Source of the DNA: Bacillota bacterium
GTDB taxonomy: Bacteria; Bacillota; Sulfobacillia; UBA3575; DUQP01
Length of the DNA: 64,000 nucleotides
Assembly: GCA_012837735.1 (NCBI GenBank)
Contig: DUQP01000031.1
Location: 16,581-80,580 of the forward strand
Reading direction: 5' to 3'
Shown here: positions 33,599-44,549 of the stretch, in pieces
Layout of the letters: each line of letters begins with the position of its first letter
Numbering within the stretch: the stretch's first letter is position 1
Program-made: the position numbers and the translations under genes
The notes under the pieces: generated by a model
Database searches by the model: none
What the model was told of the DNA's origin: nothing
What the model saw: only the letters and a program-made list of their open reading frames with translations

Positions 33599-36185
33599 TA
33601 TTTTTCGCGGCCTGTTCGGCGGCTTCAATGAAAAGGAGTTGAAACGGATCGGCCGGATCGTGGAGCAGGTGAATGGCCTTGAACCCGAAATCAGAGCGCT
33701 TAGCGATGACGATCTGAAGGCACAGACAGGGCGCTTCCGGGACCAACTGGCCAACGGCGCGACTCTCGAGGATATCCTGCCGCGGGCGTTTGCGGTCGTC
33801 CGCGAGACGGCCTGGCGGGTTCTGGGAATGCGCCATTTCGATGTCCAAATCATGGGCGGCGTTGTCCTGCATGAAGGCAATATCGCCGAAATGAAGACCG
33901 GGGAAGGGAAAACGCTCGTGGCCACCCTGCCGGTTTATCTGAATGCGCTCACGGGCAAAGGCGTCCATATCGTGACGGTGAACGACTACCTGGCGCGGCG
34001 CGACAGCGAGTGGATGGGCAAGGTATACCGGTTCTTGGGCTTGAACGTCGGTTTGATTGTGCACGGCCTGACATTTGCGGAGCGACGGGCCGCGTACCAG
34101 GCGGATGTCGTGTATGGGACGAATAACGAGTTTGGGTTTGATTATCTGCGCGACAATATGGCTATGCACCCGGATGAGATCGTGCAGCGCCCTTTGCACT
34201 ACGCCATCGTGGACGAGGTGGATAGTATTTTGATCGATGAGGCCCGGACCCCATTGATCATTTCTGGCCCCGGCGACAAGTCTACGGACCTTTACTACAA
34301 ATTCGCCCGCTTGGTGGCCGGCATGCGGCCGGAGGTGGATTACACAATAGACGAGCAGGCGCGGAGCGTGGTTCCGACGGAAATGGGGATCGCCAAGGCG
34401 GAAAACATGTTGGGTGTGGCTAATCTTTATGAAGGCGAGCACATGGACCTGGCCAACTACCTGAATCAGGCACTCAGGGCCAAGGCTTTAATGAAGCGCG
34501 ACCGGGATTATGTGGTGAAAGACGGCCAGGTGATCATTGTGGACGAGTTCACCGGCCGGTTGATGTTTGGTCGCCGCTACAGCGGCGGGTTGCACCAGGC
34601 GATTGAGGCCAAAGAAGGAGTCAAGATTGAGCGCGAAAGCCAGACGCTGGCCACCATCACATTCCAAAATTATTTCCGGATGTATGAGAAGCTGGCCGGG
34701 ATGACCGGCACGGCCCTCACCGAGGAAGAAGAATTCCGCAAAATCTACGGCCTAGATGTGGTCGTGATACCGACTAATATGGAGATGATCCGCCAGGATC
34801 TGCCGGACCGGGTCTATAAGACTGAGCGGGGCAAATTTGCGGCGGTGGTGGAAGATATCGCCGCCAGGCACGCCACGGGCCAGCCGATCCTGGTCGGCAC
34901 GGTTTCGATTGAAAAGTCGGAGCAGCTGAGTGCCCTGTTAAAGAAACGCGGTATCAAGCATCAGGTTTTGAATGCCAAGTATCACGAAAAGGAAGCGGAG
35001 ATCGTCGCCCAGGCGGGCCGCCTAGGTGCCGTCACGATCGCCACCAACATGGCCGGGCGGGGGACGGATATCATGCTGGGCGGAAACCCGGAGTTTTTGG
35101 CCCGCCAGCGGTGGGAGGCGGACGGCGCGGATGAAGACGCTTACCCGCGGTACCTGGCCATTGCCCAGCAAGAGACAAAGCAGGAGCATGAGCAGGTCGT
35201 GGCTTTGGGCGGTCTCCACATCGTAGGTACAGAACGCCATGAAAGCCGGCGCATTGATAACCAGCTGCGTGGTCGCGCCGGTCGTCAGGGCGACCCGGGT
35301 TCTTCCACGTTCTATGTCTCCCTGGAGGACGATCTGATGCGCCTGTTCGGGTCGGACAACCTGAAGGGCTTGATGGAGCGGCTGGGCATGCAGGATGACG
35401 AGGCGATTGAACACAACATGGTCACCCGGGCGATCGAAAACGCTCAGAAAAGAGTTGAGGCGCGCCACTTCGACCTGCGCAAGCACATCCTTAATTATGA
35501 CGATGTGATGAACAAACAGCGCGAGGTGATCTATGACCAGCGCCGGCGCGTGTTGACCGGAGACAATTTGCGGGACTTGATCATGGAAATGGTGGCGGAT
35601 GTGCTGGCGGAGCTGCTGGACATTTACTGCCCGGAAAAGGAAAGCCCGGAGGATTGGAACTTCAGCGGGCTGTTGGAAAACCTGCAGGTTTTATTCCTGC
35701 CGGTCGATGCTGTGACAGCGGACGATTTGGCCGGCTTTGGGCGGGCCGCTCTGCAGGAGCACTTGTTTGCCCTGGCCGAACGGCGTTATGCCGAACGGGC
35801 GGAGGAATTTGGGGACGAAACGATGCGGGCCTTGGAGCGGATGGTTTTGCTGCGAGTGGTTGACCAGAAATGGATGGACCACTTGGATGCGATGGATGAC
35901 CTACGCGAGGGGATTGGGCTGCGTGCGATCGGCAACCGGGATCCGCTGATTGAATACAAGCTAGAAGCATACGAGATGTTCCAAGCGATGGTCCAGAGCA
36001 TCAGAGAAGATGTGGTGCGCTATATCTACCGGGTGAGTGTGGTGCGGGAACCGGAGCGCCGGCAAGCCCAGGAAAATCGGGCTGCTGCGCCGGTGGCCAG
36101 CCAAGAGCCGCGCGTTGGTCGCAACGCACCTTGCCCATGTGGCAGCGGCAAGAAATATAAAAAGTGTTGCGGTAAGGTGAGCTAG
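33591..36185 (+). CDS. secA: preprotein translocase ATPase SecA
   Basis: N-terminus [20 protein letters not shown], Walker [13 protein letters not shown]-like VDEVD, C-terminal zinc-binding [17 protein letters not shown] start overlaps the thiN stop by 8 nt. Confidence 0.95.
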   Translation: MINIFRGLFGGFNEKELKRIGRIVEQVNGLEPEIRALSDDDLKAQTGRFRDQLANGATLEDILPRAFAVVRETAWRVLGMRHFDVQIMGGVVLHEGNIAEMKTGEGKTLVATLPVYLNALTGKGVHIVTVNDYLARRDSEWMGKVYRFLGLNVGLIVHGLTFAERRAAYQADVVYGTNNEFGFDYLRDNMAMHPDEIVQRPLHYAIVDEVDSILIDEARTPLIISGPGDKSTDLYYKFARLVAGMRPEVDYTIDEQARSVVPTEMGIAKAENMLGVANLYEGEHMDLANYLNQALRAKALMKRDRDYVVKDGQVIIVDEFTGRLMFGRRYSGGLHQAIEAKEGVKIERESQTLATITFQNYFRMYEKLAGMTGTALTEEEEFRKIYGLDVVVIPTNMEMIRQDLPDRVYKTERGKFAAVVEDIAARHATGQPILVGTVSIEKSEQLSALLKKRGIKHQVLNAKYHEKEAEIVAQAGRLGAVTIATNMAGRGTDIMLGGNPEFLARQRWEADGADEDAYPRYLAIAQQETKQEHEQVVALGGLHIVGTERHESRRIDNQLRGRAGRQGDPGSSTFYVSLEDDLMRLFGSDNLKGLMERLGMQDDEAIEHNMVTRAIENAQKRVEARHFDLRKHILNYDDVMNKQREVIYDQRRRVLTGDNLRDLIMEMVADVLAELLDIYCPEKESPEDWNFSGLLENLQVLFLPVDAVTADDLAGFGRAALQEHLFALAERRYAERAEEFGDETMRALERMVLLRVVDQKWMDHLDAMDDLREGIGLRAIGNRDPLIEYKLEAYEMFQAMVQSIREDVVRYIYRVSVVREPERRQAQENRAAAPVASQEPRVGRNAPCPCGSGKKYKKCCGKVS

Positions 36186-36199
36186 AGGGGGATGGGGCA

Positions 36200-37307
36200 T
36201 TGTACGAGGAGTTGCAGCGGCAGATCAGCGACCTGGAAAAGACGTTAAAAGAAATCGGTGATTCACTTTGACCCGGTTGGGCGGGCCAAGCGCGTGGCTG
36301 AGCTGGAAAACGCGATGGCCAGACCGGATTTCTGGGATGACAACCAGGCCGCCCAACGGCTGGTGCGGGAGCTGTCTATGGCGCGCGGGCCATTGGAGGA
36401 ATACCGGGCTTTGCAGGCCCGTTGGGAAGACGTGCGGGTTTTGCTGGAGCTAGCGGTGGAAGAGGACGATGACTCCGTTATTGTGGAGATTGCCCGGGAA
36501 ATTAAGGATCTCACCGCGGCCTGCCATGACCTGGAGTTGAAGGTGCTGCTGAAAGGTGAGTATGACAACCACAACGCTATTTTGGCCCTGCATGCCGGTG
36601 CCGGTGGCACTGAGGCCCAGGACTGGGTGGCGATGCTGTACCGGATGTATAGTCGCTGGGCGGAGCGGCATGGCTACCGGTTGCAGGTATTGGATTTGCT
36701 GGAGGGCGAAGAGGCCGGTCTGAAGAGCGTGACGTTCCTGGTGGAGGGTGATTGGGCCTACGGGTTTCTCAAATCGGAAAAAGGCGTGCATCGCCTGGTG
36801 CGCATATCGCCTTTTGATGCCTCCGGGCGCCGCCATACGTCCTTCGCTTCCCTGGATGTGCTGCCGGAAATCCAGGACGACGAGCAGGTGGAGATCAATT
36901 CCGAGGAACTGCGCATCGATACGTTCCGAGCCGGGGGCGCCGGCGGGCAACATGTGAATAAGACGGACTCGGCCGTGCGGATTACCCATTTGCCGACCGG
37001 GATCGTGGTGAGTTGCCAGAATGAGCGTTCCCAGCACGCTAACCGTGAGGCCGCCATGAAGATCTTGCGGGCTCGGTTGGCGGAAAAGCGAAGGCAAGAA
37101 CAGGAAGCGGAACTGGCCAAGCTGCGTGGTGAGCAGATGGAGATCGCCTGGGGCAGCCAGATCCGCTCCTATGTCTTCCAGCCATATACCCTGGTGAAAG
37201 ACCACCGCACAAATGTGGAGATTGGCAATGTCCAGGCGGTGATGGACGGAGACCTGGATCAGTTTATTTATGCTTTTTTGCAAAAGCAGGCTGCCTCAGC
37301 CCATTAG
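36200..37307 (+). CDS. prfB: peptide chain release factor 2, with programmed +1 ribosomal frameshift at CTT TGA C (36266-36272)
   Basis: frame 0 TTG 36200 encodes MYEELQRQISDLEKTLKEIGDSL then the UGA stop; the +1 frame continues DPVGRAKRVAELE...SPGQ-context, GGQ motif (AGGAGGQHVNKT); internal SD-like GGTGAT 3 nt upstream of CTT. Confidence 0.9.
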
Positions 37308-37391
37308 CGGCAGATCCTGGAAAGGAATCAAACGCCTATTGCCGAAACATTAGGCAACGTGCCGGAGTGTGAGCCGGAGGGGGGCACGAAC

Positions 37392-38117
37392 ATGAAGAGG
37401 TTTCTGGTTGGCTTGCTGATCTTGGTGGTGGTGTTGGGGGTCGGGACTGAACTTTTCCTGCCCAGAGCGGTGGAGCGCGGGGTTACGGCCGCTTTGGCCA
37501 GGGCGACCGGTGAGCAGGACTTGGCCGTCTTTTTGGAAAGCCACCCGGTCTTGCGGATGATGTTAGGCGAGTTCAGTACGGTGACGGTGGAAAATACTGA
37601 TGTGTCTGTGGATGGCCTAGCTTTTCAGACTGTCGCCACCACATTGCAGCAGGTGCGCATGAACTTGGAGCAGCTCTTGCAGGAAAGACAAGTCTCGGCA
37701 GGCCGGGGCCGCCTGCAGACTGTTTTCCGGCTCAGCGCCACCGATATTGAAAACCACCTCCTGGTGCGGATCCCGAACCTGCAAGCCGCCGAGGCGGCGC
37801 TGCTGGACGACAGGATATTGGTTGATGGCACATTTGCGTTAGAGGGAGGGCGACAGCTGCATTTCAAGACCGTCAACAGTCTGCAACAGCCCGATGAAAC
37901 TCATTTGGCTTTGACGGTGGAACAGATGTGGCTGAACGACGTGGCGATTGCTCCGGAACTCGCTCGTGACCTGGTGGAGTTCTTCGCTCCGGAACCACTG
38001 GCAATCGATTTTGGCGCTTTCCCCGTGCCCCTGAAAATCACGGACGTGCAAATGGATGCCAGGGCGATCGTAATCACCGCCCAGGAGCAGGTAGGGCAAC
38101 AGGAGGATGTTAGGTGA
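37392..38117 (+). CDS. DUF2993/LmeA-like envelope protein
   Basis: N-terminal TM then a repeated beta-rich organisation similar to LmeA-family proteins; GGAGGGGGG 7 nt before ATG 37392. Confidence 0.55.
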   Translation: MKRFLVGLLILVVVLGVGTELFLPRAVERGVTAALARATGEQDLAVFLESHPVLRMMLGEFSTVTVENTDVSVDGLAFQTVATTLQQVRMNLEQLLQERQVSAGRGRLQTVFRLSATDIENHLLVRIPNLQAAEAALLDDRILVDGTFALEGGRQLHFKTVNSLQQPDETHLALTVEQMWLNDVAIAPELARDLVEFFAPEPLAIDFGAFPVPLKITDVQMDARAIVITAQEQVGQQEDVR

Positions 38118-39265
38118 TAAAAAAAGCATTGCCGGTGTGTTGGTTTGTGATCATTCTCCTGACATTTTCCAGCATTGCCATCGCTGCGCCGGAGGTCCCA
38201 TCCGGTGACTATGTGGAAGAGGTCCAGCCGGGGGTATCCCTGCGCGGTCGCGTGATGGCCATCATCTCGGAAACAGAAGAAGACTTTGGCTATGGTATGG
38301 TGATGAGGACCCAGGTGGCGCGGGTGCGCCTTGCCTCCGGGGCTTGGAGAGGCCAGGTCTTAGAAATCGAGAACGTGCTGGGTGGCAATCCGGCTTACGA
38401 TATCCACCTGGCGCCCGGCGATGACGTCCTGCTTTATACCATTATTGAAAACGACCAGATCGTAGAGGCCCATGTGGAGTCACTGGCCAGGGACCGGGAG
38501 CTGCTTTACCTGGTTTTGTTGTTTGTAATCCTGTTAATCGTGGTCGGTGGCTGGAAAGGAGTCAAGGCCAGCTTAACGCTTGCTTTCACAGTGCTCGTCG
38601 TGTTCAAGGTGCTGTTGCCGCTTGTTTTGCAGGGCTATCATCCCATCCTCCTCACTATCCTGGTGGCGGCCGTAACAACCGCCGTTACCCTGTTGGCGGT
38701 CGGGGGCGTAAACCGCAAGACCGTGACTGCGATTACGGGCACCCTGGGCGGGGTAGTGGTGGCGGGGTTGCTCGGGGTCTTGTTCGGCTCAATGGGCAAG
38801 CTGACCGGATTGTCGGGGGAAGAGGCGCAGATGCTGATGTTTATCCCGCAAGGGATAGAATTCGATTTCCGCGGCCTTTTGTTTGCCGGCATGATCATCG
38901 GGGCTCTGGGTGCGGTGATGGATGTGGCGATGTCGATCGCCTCGGCTTTGGAGGAGATTAAGCAGGCGAATCCCACGACCTCCGGGCGCTCTTTATGGCG
39001 GGCCGGGATGAACGTGGGCCGTGATATCATGGGCACCATGTCAAACACCTTGATCCTGGCCTATACGGGCGGTTCTCTCCCGCTATTGCTCCTTTTCCTG
39101 GCTTATGATACGCCATTGGTCAAGATTGTCAATTTGGACCTGATCGCTACTGAGATCATCCGTGCCGTGGCCGGCAGCACGGGCCTGGTGGCGGCAATTC
39201 CGATCACGGCGCTTGTCGGCGCGGGCATTTTGCCATCACAACGCCATGCAAAAGTACGGAACTGA
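38114..39265 (+). CDS. YibE/F-family integral membrane protein
   Basis: signal/TM, soluble N-domain, then multi-TM C-terminal half typical of YibE/F (pfam07907). Confidence 0.6.
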   Translation: MIKKALPVCWFVIILLTFSSIAIAAPEVPSGDYVEEVQPGVSLRGRVMAIISETEEDFGYGMVMRTQVARVRLASGAWRGQVLEIENVLGGNPAYDIHLAPGDDVLLYTIIENDQIVEAHVESLARDRELLYLVLLFVILLIVVGGWKGVKASLTLAFTVLVVFKVLLPLVLQGYHPILLTILVAAVTTAVTLLAVGGVNRKTVTAITGTLGGVVVAGLLGVLFGSMGKLTGLSGEEAQMLMFIPQGIEFDFRGLLFAGMIIGALGAVMDVAMSIASALEEIKQANPTTSGRSLWRAGMNVGRDIMGTMSNTLILAYTGGSLPLLLLFLAYDTPLVKIVNLDLIATEIIRAVAGSTGLVAAIPITALVGAGILPSQRHAKVRN

Positions 39266-39299
39266 TATTTGTCATTATTGGTCCCCTGCCGCCAGGGAA

Positions 39300-39320
39300 G
39301 AGTAGTGTATAATGGTGAGG
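39300..39320 (+). promoter_or_regulatory. candidate promoter with extended -10 TGTATAAT for the downstream envelope operon
   Basis: TG-TATAAT at 39306-39313; poor -35; about 65 nt upstream of RBS GGGAGG and ATG 39387. Confidence 0.35.
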
Positions 39321-39386
39321 GAGAGGAATGTGGGCCTACCCGGTCCGGCGACTGGACGGGGTATGCCGGTGTGCGGGAGGTTGTTT

Positions 39387-41459
39387 ATGGGTCGTGGCCA
39401 GACCATCATGCTGTGGCTGATGATCGCCGTTGCCCTGGGGGCGGCCGGCGTTACGTTTGTTATGCGGGAATGCGCCCTGGGCGACAGCGCACAAATTGAA
39501 CTGGCATTGGACTATGATCACACCGCGCGCTATGTCAGGCAGCAGGGAATGGATCTGGATACATTTCTGTCCGGTATGCGTGAGGCGGGCATCACCACCG
39601 CTGTGGTGGGTGAGATGACTTTGCGGGAATTGGCGGAGGAGGGCCGGGTGGCCCTGATTGATGGCAGTAGTTACCGGGACATTGCCAGGATGTTTCCTGC
39701 TGGCAGTGTTCCCGCGCTGCATAGCGGCAACCTGGTGGTTTTGGTGCCGGAGCAGGAACTGTGGGTTGAATTGCTGCCGGCTTTGCGTACGCGTTTGGGG
39801 CTGGAGCGGGTGACACCGCTGGCGGACCAGGCCATTTTGATCGCCAGGCAACCGGATGAGCGGGAAGAAGAAGAGGCGGAAATCTTGCGCCGCACCCCTT
39901 GGACGGACGGCGAGCTGCTCGATCTCGGTCTGGGCCTGGATAGAAAGTCCCTGCGGATCGCGCAAGCGCATGGTCTGGCGGTCCTGGCTTACGTGGCCGA
40001 TTATCCGGGCGCCGGCCCGGAGGCGGTGACGGATCTGGCCAACCGCTTGCAAGGGGTGGCCTCCGTTTCCGGAGTGATGTTTTCAGGCGACTCCGTGCTT
40101 GGTGGGGCGGCAATTCGGGCCGAATTGGCGCAATTGCTTACAGACCGCGGTTGGTATTTAGCCTTTATGGAACATAAAGAGCAGCGGGGTCTGGACGAAT
40201 TGGCCAATGCCGTGTCTTATCGGGCCGTCAAGCTGCATCATGCTTATCGTGGCGAACCTTTGGATTACGTGCGGGCCGCCGTCCGGGAACGGCATGTGCG
40301 CATGCTTTATTTCCGGCCAATTGTCTCCGGGGCCGGGGGGCGTGACTTGCTGACATATAACCAGGAATATGTGACGAGGATCGTAAACGCCCTGACTACC
40401 TGGGGATATCGGACCGGGCAGGCAGAACCCTTGCCCCCGTTCACTGTCCCGAAATGGGCCCAGACGCTCCTGATCGGGGGAGTGGCGGGCGCCTGGATAT
40501 TGTTATGGAACAGATGGTGGCAAAAGGACTGGCATCCGGTCATGTTCATGGTGGTCCTGGCGGGGGTATACCTGGGCGGTTACGCTTTGCTGAGTAGCCC
40601 ATTGGCCAATCAAATGCGGGAACTGGCTGCCTGGTGCGCGGCGGTCGGATTCCCCGTGCTGGGCCTGTCCGGTTTGGTGGCCAGGCAAAAGTTGCTTGGG
40701 CGCCAATTCGGGTTTTGGGCACCGGGCCTTGCCCGGGCAATGGGTGATTTGCTTTTGGTAAGCCTGGTGACGGTCAGCGGCGGCCTGTTATTGAACGCCC
40801 TTTTGGGTGACAGCCGCTATGTTCTGCAGCTGGATCAGTTCCGCGGTGTAAAGCTGGCTCTGGCACTGCCCCCAGTTGTGATGGCGGGTTTGTTCTTTTT
40901 GCAGACCGATATCAGTCCGGCCGGTGGACAAGCGGTGGCCCGCAGCCCCTGGCAGCGGCTGTCCCGGTTTGGGAAAGACCTGTGGTCACTCCCCTTAACG
41001 TATGGCTTAGTGGTGGGGGCGGCGGCCGCTTTGCTGATCGCGGCTGTGATTTTGTTGCGGGCGGGCAATTTCCCCTTGATTCCCATTCCGGATCTGGAGG
41101 TGGCGATGCGGGATCTGCTCAGCCAGGCCCTGGTGGTGCGCCCGCGCACAAAGGAGTTTCTGTTTGGCCACCCGGCCCTGTTGCTGGCCGCTTACTTGGG
41201 GTTGTTCTACCGCGGCCGCTACCAGGTCATTTTTTTGGGGCTGGCGGCCATCGGACAAGCCTCGGTGGCCAATACGTTTTCCCATATCCACACCCCGCTC
41301 GTGTTCAGCCTGTGGCGGACATTTAACGGGCTGTGGCTGGGGGCAGCGTTGGGGGTGGCCGCAGTGGGGGTCATGATCGGTCTTTATTATTGCGGTCGAA
41401 ATTGGCGGACCAGCCTGGCTGGCTATATTTGCGATGACGGCGGGGGTGGGCGGGAATGA
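39387..41459 (+). CDS. large polytopic membrane protein, paralog A (possibly DUF5693-like); uncharacterised
   Basis: N-terminal TM, about 330-aa extracytoplasmic domain, about 10-TM C-terminal domain with conserved motif VRPRTKEFLFGHPALLLAAYLG. Confidence 0.7.
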   Translation: MGRGQTIMLWLMIAVALGAAGVTFVMRECALGDSAQIELALDYDHTARYVRQQGMDLDTFLSGMREAGITTAVVGEMTLRELAEEGRVALIDGSSYRDIARMFPAGSVPALHSGNLVVLVPEQELWVELLPALRTRLGLERVTPLADQAILIARQPDEREEEEAEILRRTPWTDGELLDLGLGLDRKSLRIAQAHGLAVLAYVADYPGAGPEAVTDLANRLQGVASVSGVMFSGDSVLGGAAIRAELAQLLTDRGWYLAFMEHKEQRGLDELANAVSYRAVKLHHAYRGEPLDYVRAAVRERHVRMLYFRPIVSGAGGRDLLTYNQEYVTRIVNALTTWGYRTGQAEPLPPFTVPKWAQTLLIGGVAGAWILLWNRWWQKDWHPVMFMVVLAGVYLGGYALLSSPLANQMRELAAWCAAVGFPVLGLSGLVARQKLLGRQFGFWAPGLARAMGDLLLVSLVTVSGGLLLNALLGDSRYVLQLDQFRGVKLALALPPVVMAGLFFLQTDISPAGGQAVARSPWQRLSRFGKDLWSLPLTYGLVVGAAAALLIAAVILLRAGNFPLIPIPDLEVAMRDLLSQALVVRPRTKEFLFGHPALLLAAYLGLFYRGRYQVIFLGLAAIGQASVANTFSHIHTPLVFSLWRTFNGLWLGAALGVAAVGVMIGLYYCGRNWRTSLAGYICDDGGGGRE

Positions 41460-43453
41460 AGGGCATAAACCAACCCATACAAATCGGTCTGGTATTAATC
41501 CTGGTTGTTTCCCTTTTAGCGGGCCTGTGGGTGTTCTATGGCCGGGCGGTGGACGAAGGGAGTGCCGACAGCGTCGCTCTGGTGGTTGACCTGAATGAAA
41601 TATCAGTCCTGGCCCGGGCTGCCGGGCAGGATCCCGCCAGCATGTTGGCCAGTATCAAGGAGACGGGGGTAACGGCGGTGGCAGTGCCGGAAAAGACCCC
41701 GGCCGCCTTGCATGCGGAAGGGCGCCTGTCACTGTTCAGCGGTGAAGAGCTGCTGGTGTTGCTGCGCTTGACGGACCGACTTGGTTGGCCGGCGGATCTT
41801 GATCCGGCCCGCATCAAACCGGAATACACCTATTTGCATGTGACTGAGGATGAGTTGATAAAGCAGGTGCGGGATGCCCTGGTCAGGCGCGTGGAAGAGG
41901 TTCAGGAGTACCAGCTGGGGGGCGGAACGCTGTTTGTAGTGGCGGCCGCCAAAGAAGACGTCGCTGCGCTTGGATTGGGCATTTGGCCGGTGGACGTGGC
42001 AATGGTAAATGGGCTCGGATTGGCCGTCATTCCCCGCTTGCAGAACCTGCCGGATGTTTCCGCCCAGGAGGTCAGTCAGGCCTTTAGCGGTTTTCAGGCC
42101 GGGACGGTGGTGTTTGCCGGCAGTGAAGTGCTGGGTTATCCGCATCTAATTGGCCACACCGCCAAGGTGATGCGCGCGCAAGGGCTACACTTGGGTTTAA
42201 TCGAGAATTGGAGCCAGACCGGCTTTTTGGATCAGGCTGGTGGGCGCCAACTATATGATGAGCTGGGGGAAGAGGTCGTCCGGGTTTATAGCATTGAAGA
42301 AAGCAAGCAAAAGGCGCGCGCACCGGACGACGTGGTTGATATCTGGGCCAGGGCGGTGCGGGAGCGCAAAATCCGCCTGCTTTATTTGCATCCGTTCTTC
42401 CATACGGCAGATCCGGTCGCCGATACATTAAACAGCTTTCGTGAGCTGTCAGAGAGGCTCGCTGCGGAAGGATTCGTGGCCGGTAATCCTGCTCCCTTGC
42501 CGGTGGGGGAAAGCCACCGCGGGGCGGATCTCCTGTTGGCCTGGGGAGTGGCGGCAGCGGGGCTATTGTTGTTGCAACTGCTTTGCCCATTGGCGCCTGG
42601 ACCTAGGTTGATTTTCAGCGGGTTGGCTTTCCTGGCGGTGACTGGTTTGCTGTTCCAGGGCCCATTGGGCAGACAGCTTTTGGCGTTGGGGGCGGCGATC
42701 GTCTTTCCGGCTTTGGCCGTTTTGTCCCAGGTTCAGACCTGGCCCATCAAGGCCATCTGGGGTGGGTTCACTGCCCATGCCGCCCGGGGTGTGGTCGCCC
42801 TAATTTCCGCCAGTGCCATCTCTTTGCTGGGGGGACTGCTCGTGGCCGGGATCTTGACGCAACCCGACTACTTGAATGGCTGGCAGGTATTCCGTGGCGT
42901 GAAAATTTCGCTCCTTTTGCCGCCGCTGTTGGTCCTGGTGGCTGTGCTGACAGCGCCGCTGGGACCCGGGGAAGCGCCTAGCCTGCGGGCGGCTTGGACG
43001 CGCTTGCGCGGCTATCTGATGCGCCCGTTGGCGCTGGGGGAAGTCTTTGTACTCATGCTGATCCTGCTGGCCGCCTTTTTATATGTTGCGCGCAGTGGCA
43101 CGATTTTGCCCGTGGCGGGTTTCGAATTGGAGGCGCGCTCTTTTTTGGAGAGCGTTTTCGGGGTCCGACCGCGCACGAAGGAGTTTTTGATCGGACATCC
43201 CGCCCTGTTTTTGGCAGCTGTGGCGGCCAGCCTCCGGCGTGTCGACTTAGCCAGCCTGTTAGCAGTAGCTGGTGCCATTGGCCAGGTATCGATCGTGAAC
43301 TCGTTTGAACATTTGTTCACCCCTGTGGTGCTGTCATTGCTGAGAGGGGCCAATGGCCTCACCCTCGGTTTGGTGGTCGGTTTGGCGGTCACCGCTGTGC
43401 TGTGGCCGTTCATCAGGACGGCCCGCCCGGCGCCATGGGAGAAGGAGAGTTGA
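41456..43453 (+). CDS. large polytopic membrane protein, paralog B (tandem duplicate of the upstream gene)
   Basis: same architecture and conserved motif VRPRTKEFLIGHPALFLAAVAA plus FRGVKISLLLPP / FRGVKLALALPP; ATGA overlap with paralog A. Confidence 0.7.
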   Translation: MKGINQPIQIGLVLILVVSLLAGLWVFYGRAVDEGSADSVALVVDLNEISVLARAAGQDPASMLASIKETGVTAVAVPEKTPAALHAEGRLSLFSGEELLVLLRLTDRLGWPADLDPARIKPEYTYLHVTEDELIKQVRDALVRRVEEVQEYQLGGGTLFVVAAAKEDVAALGLGIWPVDVAMVNGLGLAVIPRLQNLPDVSAQEVSQAFSGFQAGTVVFAGSEVLGYPHLIGHTAKVMRAQGLHLGLIENWSQTGFLDQAGGRQLYDELGEEVVRVYSIEESKQKARAPDDVVDIWARAVRERKIRLLYLHPFFHTADPVADTLNSFRELSERLAAEGFVAGNPAPLPVGESHRGADLLLAWGVAAAGLLLLQLLCPLAPGPRLIFSGLAFLAVTGLLFQGPLGRQLLALGAAIVFPALAVLSQVQTWPIKAIWGGFTAHAARGVVALISASAISLLGGLLVAGILTQPDYLNGWQVFRGVKISLLLPPLLVLVAVLTAPLGPGEAPSLRAAWTRLRGYLMRPLALGEVFVLMLILLAAFLYVARSGTILPVAGFELEARSFLESVFGVRPRTKEFLIGHPALFLAAVAASLRRVDLASLLAVAGAIGQVSIVNSFEHLFTPVVLSLLRGANGLTLGLVVGLAVTAVLWPFIRTARPAPWEKES

Positions 43454-43454
43454 G

Positions 43455-44549
43455 ATGGCACGGGTTCTGGTTTCGGGATATTTTGGGTTTGGCAATGTGG
43501 GTGACGAGGCTTTGCTGGCCGCTATGGTGGGAGCCTGGCGCCGCCGGATACCCGAGCTGGAGATCACCGTCACATCGGCTGATCCCGCCCATACAGCCAG
43601 GCAACACGGGGTGATTGCGATTGGTCGCACAGATCTGCCGGCCATCTTGCGGGCTCTGGCGAAAACCGATTTGCTGGTCAGCGGTGGTGGCAGCCTGTTG
43701 CAGGATGTCACTGGTCGCTGGACGATTCCCTATTATCTCGGTATCGTCTGTTTGGCATTGGCGCGTCGTTGCCCGGTGTTGATGTATGCGCAGGGGATCG
43801 GCCCTGTCACCGGCCGCCTGGGCAAAGCTCTCATCCGGACGGTCGTGAACCGGATGGATTGGCTGACGGTGCGGGATCCCGGTTCGGCTGCCCTGCTGCG
43901 CCAGCTTGGGGTGCATGCGCCTCCTCTGGAGGTGACTGCCGATGCCGTTTTCACCCTGCAGCCTACTGACAGGGGACGAGGCCGGGCTTTTTTATGGCAG
44001 GAAGTGCCGGTGGGGGGAAAGCCGGTGATTGGTGTGTCGGTGCGAGAATGGGAGGCCGTTTCACCGCGGACGCTTGCGAAAGCCCTGGATGACTTGGTGG
44101 CGGCCACGGGGGCGGTGTTATTGTTCATCCCCATGCAATACCCGGCGGACTATGAATTCTCCCGCCTGGTCGCCTCCCATATGTTTAACCCGGCGCGGGT
44201 GATGAGCCAGCGGCTGGGCACCCAAGACCTGCTCGATCTGTGCAGTGGGTTGGATATGATGGTGGGAATGCGGTTGCATTCCTTGATCTTTGCCGCCCTC
44301 GGTTCAGTGGTGCCGGTTGGCATCAGCTATGACCCGAAAATAGATGCTTTCCTGGCTTCATTGGGCCTGGCACCGGCCGCTATGGCCAACAATCTGCAGC
44401 CGCAAGAATTTGTCGCGCAGGCATGGCAGATATGGCAAAGGCGAGGGGAGCTGGTCGGGCAGTTGGCCAGGCGCGTAGGCGAGCTGCGCAAGCGGGCGGA
44501 GTGGAACGCCGATTTATTGGTTTCCCTGTTGCCGGGTGAGGGGAGATGA
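43455..44549 (+). CDS. csaB: polysaccharide pyruvyl transferase CsaB
   Basis: N-terminus MARVLVSGYFGFGNVGDEALL...LVSGGGSLLQD typical of CsaB/PS pyruvyl transferases; TGAgATG junction with upstream gene. Confidence 0.85.
   Translation: MARVLVSGYFGFGNVGDEALLAAMVGAWRRRIPELEITVTSADPAHTARQHGVIAIGRTDLPAILRALAKTDLLVSGGGSLLQDVTGRWTIPYYLGIVCLALARRCPVLMYAQGIGPVTGRLGKALIRTVVNRMDWLTVRDPGSAALLRQLGVHAPPLEVTADAVFTLQPTDRGRGRAFLWQEVPVGGKPVIGVSVREWEAVSPRTLAKALDDLVAATGAVLLFIPMQYPADYEFSRLVASHMFNPARVMSQRLGTQDLLDLCSGLDMMVGMRLHSLIFAALGSVVPVGISYDPKIDAFLASLGLAPAAMANNLQPQEFVAQAWQIWQRRGELVGQLARRVGELRKRAEWNADLLVSLLPGEGR

Noticed and set aside
39269-39499. 76-aa plus-strand ORF from the track overlapping the promoter and 5' end of the large membrane protein gene
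   Set aside because: It is in a different frame from the downstream 690-aa gene, which has a proper RBS (GGGAGG) and ATG at 39387. The protein is Gly/Arg-rich nonsense.
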